Origin: Candidatus Woesearchaeota archaeon
GTDB lineage: Archaea > Nanobdellota > Nanobdellia > Pacearchaeales > GW2011-AR1
Direction of reading: 5' to 3'
DNA length: 44,076 nt
Assembly (NCBI GenBank): GCA_964358615.1
Contig: CAYHOV010000002.1
Coordinates: 1 to 44,076 of the forward strand
The notes beneath the pieces were generated by a model that ran no database searches, was not told the origin of the DNA, and was given only the letters and a program-made list of their open reading frames with translations. Positions within the stretch are counted from its first letter, which is position 1. Each line of letters opens with the position of its first letter. Shown one piece after another: positions 27,701 through 33,651 of this stretch. Both the position numbers and the translations under genes were made by a program.

Positions 27701-30700
27701 CGGGAGTACTAGTTAAAGCATTTATTCCCCTAAGTAAATTAGAACTGATTGTACTTGATTTTATAGTAAGATTTTTATTTCCCCCATCAGTATATATTCC
27801 ATCCAGGCTATTGTTATTCGCAATAACAGAATCCAAAGTATAATTAGATAATGCAGAATAAGCACTGAAAAACCAAAATCCATAATAATTATAGCTAGAG
27901 TTGACATTCGTAAATGTAAGATTAGTAGTCTCTATGATAGATATAGCATTATTCAATAGAGTATCAGAACCACTGACCGTCACATTGGTAATACGTGAAT
28001 TAGATGCGCTAACTCCTACAAAAAGTAATTGTGAAAAATTTTGATTTGATATGTTCACAGTTTGATTATAATAGCCGATCAATCTTCTACCAGAACCATA
28101 GCAATTGTCAAATATGTCATTGTAGATAGCAGGAGCACCATAGGTATAGACATCCATCTGTGCGCTTTCTGTAAAATTAGAATTATTCATGACATTCGCA
28201 CCATTGCTATTAAGATAAATTCCATACTGCTCATTAGAATTAGCCGAGACATAATTAAGATTATTTTTAAGTCCACTGACCCTGAATCCATAAAGATTAT
28301 AATCCGCACTGACAGAAGTTAAATTATTGTTATTTGAACTGAGTATCCAAACTCCATATTGAGTATTATTATCTGCACTCATATTTGTCACAAGATTAAG
28401 ATTCGAAGACGTTGTAAGATAAGCCCCATTAACATTATTTATATTGACACTTATATCACTAAGATTATTCTTTGAAGAAGCAGTAAGATAAACACCAGTA
28501 TTCGAATTATTATCTGCAAAAATCGAATTCAGCAGATTATTATGGCTTGTATCCAAATAAACCCCATAGGTATTATTATGGGTAGTTATATTTGTCAAAC
28601 TTGAATTTCCTGCAGAAAGCAACGATATCCCGTCCTGAGCATTATAAATAGAAATAATATTCTTGAGCGTATCATTGGTGCTTGTCTGGATATAGACTCC
28701 TGCATAATAATTCCTATCAAATATCGAAGAAGTTATATTTGTGAAAGAGCTTGATGAAAAATAAATTCCATAATCTCCTCTGCTTGAATTTACATTATCT
28801 ATAGTTCCATATTTATTAGATAAGAAATAAATTCCATATCTGCCCAAGCCATTACCTGGCGCTGTTCCTTTTTGAACTCTGCAATTTTTTACATGAGTAT
28901 TATTATAATTTGAGGAAATTCCAGCATAAAGCGTCGACACAGTATTATTTCCGTAGATGATAAGATTATCCCAGCTCTGACAATCTAGAGTTACATTATC
29001 TGCAGTCACATTGAAGCAAGTAAAATTTGTAGAAACACTATTAGCTAAAGTATAGGTAGTATTGGCGATGCTGAGCGGTCTGCACGAATCAATATTTGTG
29101 CCCATATTCCTATTGAATATTACGCTCGTCGAATTAAAATTTCCAGCAGAATCATTGCAATATAAATTCCAAGTATTAGAACCCTCAACACTCGGCACAT
29201 CTGTGAAATTTGTTCCCATTACAGCATTGCTTGAATTAGTGATTCCTCCGTCAACAGAATACCAGCAGAAACCGCCGTCAGGATCATCAGAAGTATATGT
29301 CAAAGTAGATACATTAAGATACCATGTTGAGTTGGAAGGATAGACAATTCTCAGCGACGGTGCAATAGTCGAAATAAACTTTAAGCAGACAGAGATATTT
29401 TCAGGAGTATTATTGCAGCTTGAGACATGGGCATTTGTTTGATTCGACAGAGTGAATGCGCAGACCCAACCAGTAGGACAGGTTCCGTTTAGAGGCTGGA
29501 AACTTACATTCGCAGTATAATCAGTAGTGTTAGACCCAAAATAAATCAGATAAGGATAATCGTCACTGCTCATATTCCCCATCTCAGCATGAGCATTTGT
29601 ATAATTTGAAAGTCTGGCGATAGTCACGCCAGTATTATTTTTTACAGCGACGACGTTTCTCGTATCTCTGCAACAAGAAGAACGGCCATAATCCGCACTG
29701 CTCTGATTCACAACTTCTGCATGGGCATTTGTATAATTGCTCATTCTCAGCATCACGGTCCAGCCAGCAGGACAATTTCCAGTTACGACCTGGCAAGTCA
29801 GATTTGGAGCAATAGGATCGACGACATAATCCAAGTCTACATTTCCGATCATCCTCAGATCAAAAACATCCTCAGGAACAGTTAAATTAGTCAGATAGAC
29901 TTTATACCAGCTCTCTCCAGAAACATTTTCAAATACAGCAATAGTTTCATTCTGATTATTTACATAGACCTCGATGCTTGTAGAATTTCCATCACTCGAT
30001 CTTCCATAGATACTGATATCCTTTGAGCTGTCCAATTCCTGCTCAAACGTTACTCTCAGATAATGTCCACTAGGGATCGTCGTCCAATTATTATCCTGCG
30101 CCTTGACATAATCATATACTTCTTCGATAAAAGTTCGATTTTCGTCAAGATGTTCTGCTTTTGTGATATAGATCACATCATATGTCTGATTCGATAGATG
30201 TTCAACATTCCACTCAATATAATCAATAAAACCGTCGCTGTCAAGATCAGAAGCATTAAAATCAACTTCAACTCGCACAATCTCGCTTAAATTTTCCCGA
30301 GTGTCAATATTTTCAGTAGGAGAAATAATATCTAAAGTATTATTTATTTCTTCAGTCAAGTTCAAAGATATATTTTCAATGACTTGACCAGTCATAATTA
30401 CTCGGAAATCTTCAGAAGAATTTGTAATATTTTCAGAAACATTGTTGCTATTGATTAAAGATTCATTGCTACTATTGTTCTCAGAAATAATATCGCTAAA
30501 ATTATAAATATTAATACTATCATTAAAGGTCAGATTATTTAGATTACTTGAATTACTCTTATTAAGAATAATCCATTCACTTGAATTAGTCAAATTCTCT
30601 TCGAAAATAATAACCGAATTATTTGCAACATTGTTTGTAATATTAATATAACCATACTTGATTGCGTCTGCCCGTGTAGTATACCAATAAACTTTTATTC

Positions 30701-32210
30701 TTGAAATATAATCATTCTTTATTGTTGAACTCTCTATGAGAGTATAGGCCAAAACATTGCTATAATTTAATTCATCAGCCGCACCGACAATGACTTTTTT
30801 TCCCGTTCTCATATCTTCCTCAAAAGCCCGCGCAGCAGGAGTATAGTATTCAACCGCAACCTCGTCAACATTTTGTTCTTTAGCGATTTTATCTGCGTCG
30901 ATTATTTTCTTGTTCTCCACTTCAATAATGCTATCACTAAAATTATTTTCCTCGAATATTGAAGCGCCAGTTATTGGCCAAAACGAAAAAAAGCTGAATA
31001 ACTTACCGAATATTGAATTCTCCAGATTAAAAATAATCCCGCCGGTGATAGTTGATCCAAAATTATTGGACGTTTCTGCCTCGCTGAAAGCTCTTTCTGC
31101 TTCATTGCCGGTTTTGATAGTGATATTCTCTGCCTCTTTTGGGATTTCTATATTGACATTCTGATCTCCAATGATGCTTGCTTTCTTGATCCACTTGACA
31201 GGCCTTCCGATGACTGCTCTGAATTGCCTTACGCTGATATTTCCAGAATCTTGCGTCAGATTAAAAAAACTTTCATTTTTTAGAGTTTCATTAAACAGAG
31301 TATAATTAAAAAGAGTTTGATTTGTCTGATTAAGATTGATCTCGCTCTGGTTTATTTCAATACTCATAATACTCATATTTGTACTGAAATTAAAGAATCT
31401 CAAACTTTGATTAGTAATATTTTCATTTAAAAGACTTTCATTATTTGCAGTGTTTGAGATATTTAGAGTTAAGTTGCCCGACCCCCCGCTGCCAACAAGA
31501 GTTTCATTTTCAACAAGTATATTTTCAGAAGAATTATTGCCAGAATTGTTAGAACTGATATTTGTTTGACTGAAATTTTGATTTATTGTGGGATTTATTG
31601 TTTGGTTCAGGTCTACACTCTCATTGACCAAAATATTTTCATTTCCGCTATTATTTGATATAGAAATAATTTCAGGATTTTCAACTGGCTGTTCTGTTTC
31701 TGGATCGATATAAGCTGCTTCCTGCAATTGATTTTCAGTACTTGTATCTTGAGAATTAGTAGATTCTTGAGAGCTTGTATCTGGGCCTTGTGTAGAAGTA
31801 CTTTCAGAAGATGATGGTGTCTCTTCTGAAGATGTAGAAGAACTCTCCCTGCTTGAAACACTTGAACTTGATTGAGTCTCAGGATTATATTCAGAACTTG
31901 TCTCAGTTCCTTCTAAAACCAATCCAGATATTTTATTATAGACCGAGTCTGTTAAACCAACAATACTTTTCAAGATGACCTCTGGAAATTTTTGACTAGA
32001 ATTAATTTCACTATGTAGAACAACCATAAAAACAGATAATGAAATAAGGACGACAAGAAAGCTTGGTATCAAAATTTTTTTGCTTACTGAAAAAGTTTTT
32101 GCTTTTCCTAGATATCTTTTTTTTACCTTGCCATTTTTGTCTCGATAACTCTCATAGATGTAGGGGCCATAGGTCTTACCTCTTTTTGTAACAACTCTTT
32201 TATGACTCAT
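21717..32210 (-). CDS. Giant (3497 aa) mosaic surface protein: basic cytoplasmic N-terminus, TM helix, S/T-rich linker, Cys-bracketed NAH repeats, Ig-like modules, a long parallel beta-helix (PbH1-like) region, an ALK-like glycine-rich domain and two LamG/ConA-like domains
   Basis: Uninterrupted 10.5-kb ORF. N-terminus KRGKTYGPYIYESYRDKNGKVKKRYLGK followed by a TM helix. Beta-helix repeats (NTYGVYLDTSHNNL.., NTQYGVWILSSNNNNL..) at about 27230-29090. LamG-like ends IDEVRIWNRSLSEDEV (about 24200-24700) and LDELRIWNRSLTDDEI (about 22970-23480). Sequons throughout. Confidence 0.9.
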   Translation of the reverse strand: MSHKRVVTKRGKTYGPYIYESYRDKNGKVKKRYLGKAKTFSVSKKILIPSFLVVLISLSVFMVVLHSEINSSQKFPEVILKSIVGLTDSVYNKISGLVLEGTETSSEYNPETQSSSSVSSRESSSTSSEETPSSSESTSTQGPDTSSQESTNSQDTSTENQLQEAAYIDPETEQPVENPEIISISNNSGNENILVNESVDLNQTINPTINQNFSQTNISSNNSGNNSSENILVENETLVGSGGSGNLTLNISNTANNESLLNENITNQSLRFFNFSTNMSIMSIEINQSEINLNQTNQTLFNYTLFNETLKNESFFNLTQDSGNISVRQFRAVIGRPVKWIKKASIIGDQNVNIEIPKEAENITIKTGNEAERAFSEAETSNNFGSTITGGIIFNLENSIFGKLFSFFSFWPITGASIFEENNFSDSIIEVENKKIIDADKIAKEQNVDEVAVEYYTPAARAFEEDMRTGKKVIVGAADELNYSNVLAYTLIESSTIKNDYISRIKVYWYTTRADAIKYGYINITNNVANNSVIIFEENLTNSSEWIILNKSNSSNLNNLTFNDSINIYNFSDIISENNSSNESLINSNNVSENITNSSEDFRVIMTGQVIENISLNLTEEINNTLDIISPTENIDTRENLSEIVRVEVDFNASDLDSDGFIDYIEWNVEHLSNQTYDVIYITKAEHLDENRTFIEEVYDYVKAQDNNWTTIPSGHYLRVTFEQELDSSKDISIYGRSSDGNSTSIEVYVNNQNETIAVFENVSGESWYKVYLTNLTVPEDVFDLRMIGNVDLDYVVDPIAPNLTCQVVTGNCPAGWTVMLRMSNYTNAHAEVVNQSSADYGRSSCCRDTRNVVAVKNNTGVTIARLSNYTNAHAEMGNMSSDDYPYLIYFGSNTTDYTANVSFQPLNGTCPTGWVCAFTLSNQTNAHVSSCNNTPENISVCLKFISTIAPSLRIVYPSNSTWYLNVSTLTYTSDDPDGGFCWYSVDGGITNSSNAVMGTNFTDVPSVEGSNTWNLYCNDSAGNFNSTSVIFNRNMGTNIDSCRPLSIANTTYTLANSVSTNFTCFNVTADNVTLDCQSWDNLIIYGNNTVSTLYAGISSNYNNTHVKNCRVQKGTAPGNGLGRYGIYFLSNKYGTIDNVNSSRGDYGIYFSSSSFTNITSSIFDRNYYAGVYIQTSTNDTLKNIISIYNAQDGISLLSAGNSSLTNITTHNNTYGVYLDTSHNNLLNSIFADNNSNTGVYLTASSKNNLSDISVNINNVNGAYLTTSSNLNLVTNMSADNNTQYGVWILSSNNNNLTSVSADYNLYGFRVSGLKNNLNYVSANSNEQYGIYLNSNGANVMNNSNFTESAQMDVYTYGAPAIYNDIFDNCYGSGRRLIGYYNQTVNISNQNFSQLLFVGVSASNSRITNVTVSGSDTLLNNAISIIETTNLTFTNVNSSYNYYGFWFFSAYSALSNYTLDSVIANNNSLDGIYTDGGNKNLTIKSSTISSNLLRGINALTSTPGLFIYNNTIGSNGGYGLSLAGNNPVVFNNNISNGRSAGVYVSGIGSNISGNNISSNAGNGITMVTNGGHIVTANTISSNTGDGLNIATGDLNNITSNTFYSNTGYAILLSSSTSNRIFNNYIGFINKIISATSSASFWNTTKTAGTSIVNGSYLGGNFWTNLSSQGFSDNCTDVDGDSICDTNYTTGGITDFLPLKILDVIYPAMNIIYPQNTIYYYNISELNYTFIELNKAYCWYSIDGGLTNSSAVAMGTNFTNAYSVEGSNTWTVYCNDSRGNENSTNVTFTLTSLRIGLDLIYPTTNVNVSRYKLFNVTLNVSCSGGNCGEINVSLDPTNFTEYRFTTCNKSGRLGPNQTLCNSNYSGTTLSGLVDVSNGIQNWTVPANGTYFIDVYGAEGARNPPQYPGGKGARIQGYFYLVQGEVLQILVGQAGTNNTGGTRGVGGGGGTFVVKNNNPLIIAGGGGGGGDYSTTSDADGQNTTQGMNGTVSQFGVGSLNGSGGGAGVYSGGGAGWLTNGGSSSRGGKRFLEGGAGGAGDNGGHDGGFGGGAGTYVGAGGGGGYSGGGGGGWAGHGQGGGAGSYNTGANQTNLSGINLGDGYVIIKQVFVKGLISMNSSETPFYTITQNPYNLTLNNGESRLVTFFVNATGNINDSYEFFVFANLTAGMNVGNMTSTWNVTISQEIIEVIGINVTLNYPQNNNHTINLLGNVTLNCSVNSTNNLVNISLYTNIGGSWYLNETKNISGTSNSSNFSFDMKNVVGNYSVKDSEYIWNCRACDSSGACGFADSNYSFSGWNLGNYSEAEFNQTSHFIFITNSMYEGYYHSNVKNMGTAVAWKNISWDADFNSTINNISIAIRSCTTSDCSDKSGWDIVVKNNTYSDISSLLPRNYVQYMVNLTTAIGPFPPKLLTNSITLNGEAGDGTPPGINFVDPTPANGTAMTNTTVQINVSITEANLAEVKYNWNGTNYTIFDSTLKTMFNFNNNSAIGENSTYAVDVASSTNGTIINAKPTKSGKYGGAIEFDGNGDYINLGSVNNTNGTAMTVSSWVYANSFSVYKTIIGRDADSGWGNGWGFYWADAIYFYVGSSGSPKASAGINTGEWAQVVGVYNGTTLRIYVNGKKGTDAAYSGNIPNTGSIRIGGNLGDWPGGWWDGMIDEVRIWNRSLSEDEVVQNYQMNLEKYNNSQWYLQVNQTKNLTSGLDEGIYNYFSSAKDSLGNENTTETRWFIRDLTPPQIDFVTPTDSAGFVYRNYILANVTAIESSLKNVSIYLYNSTGSLVNWSNSTSSPLFINFSGLSDGVYLLSADAYDNLGNYNSTETRRIFVDTAYPLISFSDPTPANGTTTSNRSFIFNVSITEMGIDKFIFNWNSTNYTLFDESLALMMDFDNISSLGENSTYVKDLSKYNNDATATGNISFDISGGHYRGAYSFGSVNTGPYFNISNSPSLNISREMTLATWFKVGSTTQYGILAMKTSVYSWTDGYGLFFFEDGTLNFYVNHYINNKAYFSAVPLNSWNYVVATYNGTDLRIFMNGVEGTSDNFTGVVNSSLGNLNIGGGTGGAGINGSLDELRIWNRSLTDDEIRMLYSSSLHRTDVDQWQFSVNKSNLSLGDYTYYSYVKDTNARENMTDIRTLDIIAGNTAPNTPAVTINSTDGSNRTKADLNCFANITDVDLNKMNVTVRWYNNGTLNLTMDYNNSYANGSLFIAVLDDANTTKGENWSCGLRLFDGLDYSSFGFSGNLTILNTPPTVTLISPNDGNITTNRTPTFYYSGSDDDGDALSYELNLTCLYSGGGTCSLGNRYYENNTINSSTNYTVPAYLEYLIDNGYYYNWTARANDGQVYGVWAVPRNISIQSNIVISLPTDYILFENMNLSESKNTSLDDPRPFVLQNDGNVQTNISVNFTNLFSSASNPSSYFQFKIRNTTSGCFVDSGTLVSWNDAPLLTARAINRMNFTSGYQSGCNNVSVDLLVKIPADEPAGNKLSTVVFTGSLGEPYTGID
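25893..26699 (-). other. Domain within the giant protein (aa 1838-2106): TNF-like plus glycine-rich (polyglycine) module resembling the ALK/LTK extracellular TG domain
   Basis: FTTCNKSGRLGPNQTLCNSNY, GIQNWTVPANGTYFIDVYGAEG, LQILVGQAG, GGGGGTFVVKNNNPLIIAGGGGGGG, GGGGGYSGGGGGGW, DGYVIIKQV. A local GC-rich island in an AT-rich gene. Confidence 0.6.
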
Positions 32211-32240
32211 TCAGAAAAAAACCACCAATTTTCATATAAT

Positions 32241-32341
32241 TTTGTAGAACAACCAATTTAAATAGGTTTTGCTCTGCAAAACCTTTCATTCAATTAAAAC
32301 TAGACTTAAAATTTCCAGAAATTTTTGTAGAACAACCAATT
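32241..32341. repeat. Perfect 18-nt direct repeat (tttgtagaacaaccaatt) at 32241-32258 and 32324-32341, each abutting a TATA-like AATTTAAA/AATTAAAA box upstream of the giant gene
   Basis: Read directly. 83-nt spacing. On the coding (minus) strand each unit reads T(T)TAAATTGGTTGTTCTACAAA. Confidence 0.8.
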
Positions 32342-32389
32342 AAAAGATTAAGAATTCTCTTTGTTATCACCAACTCTCTCTTTCAAATC

Positions 32390-32512
32390 ACAAAACCCTC
32401 TTTGTATACTGCCCTTTAAAAGGTGTGGTTTGTTTGTTGGGTTTTGGGAAGACAGGAAAAAATCTGCATAACAAACTGCGGTCTAAAGGCTGCGGATTTT
32501 TTACTGTATTCA
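32390..32512 (+). ncRNA. Candidate structured sRNA, copy C of the element family
   Basis: Core at 32452-32507 aligns base for base with copy A. All three differences in the inner stem are transitions that create G-U pairs on the plus-strand RNA only. Confidence 0.4.
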
Positions 32513-32591
32513 TCAATTTCTCCTTGAAACCTCTCTATTTCTTTTCTCCAATAATCACAAAAACCGGGTTAATTTATTCGGTTTTTGGGAG

Positions 32592-32615
32592 ACAGAAAAC
32601 AATTTTGTTTTCTGT
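32592..32615 (+). repeat. Minimal member (copy D) of the element family: hairpin ACAGAAAACAA-TT-TTGTTTTCTGT with the family 5' flank TTTTTGGGAG
   Basis: Shares the TTTTTGGGAGACAGAAAAC...GTTTTCTGTAT termini with copies A-C. Confidence 0.6.
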
Positions 32616-32703
32616 ATCATGGTAGTGTCTTTTCTACCAGAAAGAGTTTTCAATTTCAGTTTATGCTTTTCTTTTTGCCTTTCCAGACCCTCAATTCTCT
32701 TTT

Positions 32704-33522
32704 TCAATTGTTTTTCTCTTTTATCCATCTTTCCTGTTGTTCTATTTTTTCCTTTACATAATCAAAGACTCTTTTTGCTCCTTTCAGATCAATTATCTTT
32801 TTTGTACTCTTGGCTTCTTTGGTTTTCCTATAAGAATCATAAATCTCAATCGAGCCATAGATCTTCTTGATTATTTTTCGCAATTCTTTATTATTAAATC
32901 TCTTGCATTTCATCAAACACTCAACAATATAGGCTTCCCTAAGCCGTAGGATTAGGGGATATGCCAGATTTTCAGACAACATCTCTTTATCTTTCTCAGC
33001 CATATCAATCATTTTTTTAATTAACTGGAGTGAAGATAGAGTAGTCTCAAAATGAAATTTTAGATTTTTCTGATTTAATTCAGTTTTTTTGTATTTTTCG
33101 ACCAACTCCTTGTTCAATATCGCTTTTGCTTCCACAATCATGGCCAGCCAGGGAAGAATATTTTCTTTAAGCTGTTCTTCTAATCTCTCCTGCGAGATGA
33201 GAATAATTTTATACTTTCCTCTATCAATTTCAAGGTTAGTACTATTTGTGACTGCCAAAATATCAACATCGCTCTCGATAGTCTGTTCGCCTCGCGCATA
33301 GCTTCCTACAAGATATAGTCCTTTTATCTCAGACAAATATTTAGACAGAAATAAGAAAACATCTCGCTCTAGACTTTTTAGATTATTTGGTTTTCTGACT
33401 AGGATTATTCTGGCCTCTCCATTGATCCATTCCCTCGGCAAAACCACTCCTGCTGAATTTCCTACGCGTACAATAGGCCTTATCAATTCTATTTTTTCCA
33501 TTTTATTTTTATTAGATTGCAA
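32704..33522 (-). CDS. Fusion protein: AbrB/SpoVT-like N-terminal domain, nucleotidyltransferase, helical C-terminal domain
   Basis: IVRVGNSAGVVLPREWINGEARIILV (AbrB-like). LYLVGSYARGEQTIESDVDILAV (NTase G-S..D.D motif). About 150-aa helical tail. The true start may be the internal MEKIELIRP. Confidence 0.65.
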   Translation of the reverse strand: MQSNKNKMEKIELIRPIVRVGNSAGVVLPREWINGEARIILVRKPNNLKSLERDVFLFLSKYLSEIKGLYLVGSYARGEQTIESDVDILAVTNSTNLEIDRGKYKIILISQERLEEQLKENILPWLAMIVEAKAILNKELVEKYKKTELNQKNLKFHFETTLSSLQLIKKMIDMAEKDKEMLSENLAYPLILRLREAYIVECLMKCKRFNNKELRKIIKKIYGSIEIYDSYRKTKEAKSTKKIIDLKGAKRVFDYVKEKIEQQERWIKEKNN

Positions 33523-33535
33523 TTGTATTGCAACA

Positions 33536-33558
33536 AAGTTATAACATTGTTATAACTT
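33536..33558. promoter_or_regulatory. Perfect inverted repeat AAGTTATAAC-ATT-GTTATAACTT beside a TTTATAAA box in the divergent intergenic region
   Basis: Read directly. It lies between the TATA-like box (33558-33566) and the start of the AbrB-NTase gene. Confidence 0.5.
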
Positions 33559-33621
33559 TATAAATCTATGTTTTCATCTTTTTTTCATAGCTAGCCTATT
33601 CCACAAAAATCCTAAGAAATC

Positions 33622-33629
33622 TTTATAAA
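33622..33629 (+). promoter_or_regulatory. TATA box TTTATAAA, 30 nt upstream of the ATG at 33652
   Basis: Consensus-like box and spacing. Confidence 0.45.
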
Positions 33630-33651
33630 TCCATCATATATATTATATAAC

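Noticed and set aside
18587-32615. Possibility that the repeated hairpin elements are a CRISPR array or that a DGR targets the giant genes
   Set aside because: The copies are kilobases apart, differ in length and are not separated by regular spacers, so they are not CRISPR. I saw no reverse-transcriptase gene and no near-identical template/variable repeat pair differing at adenines, so there is no evidence for a DGR in this window.
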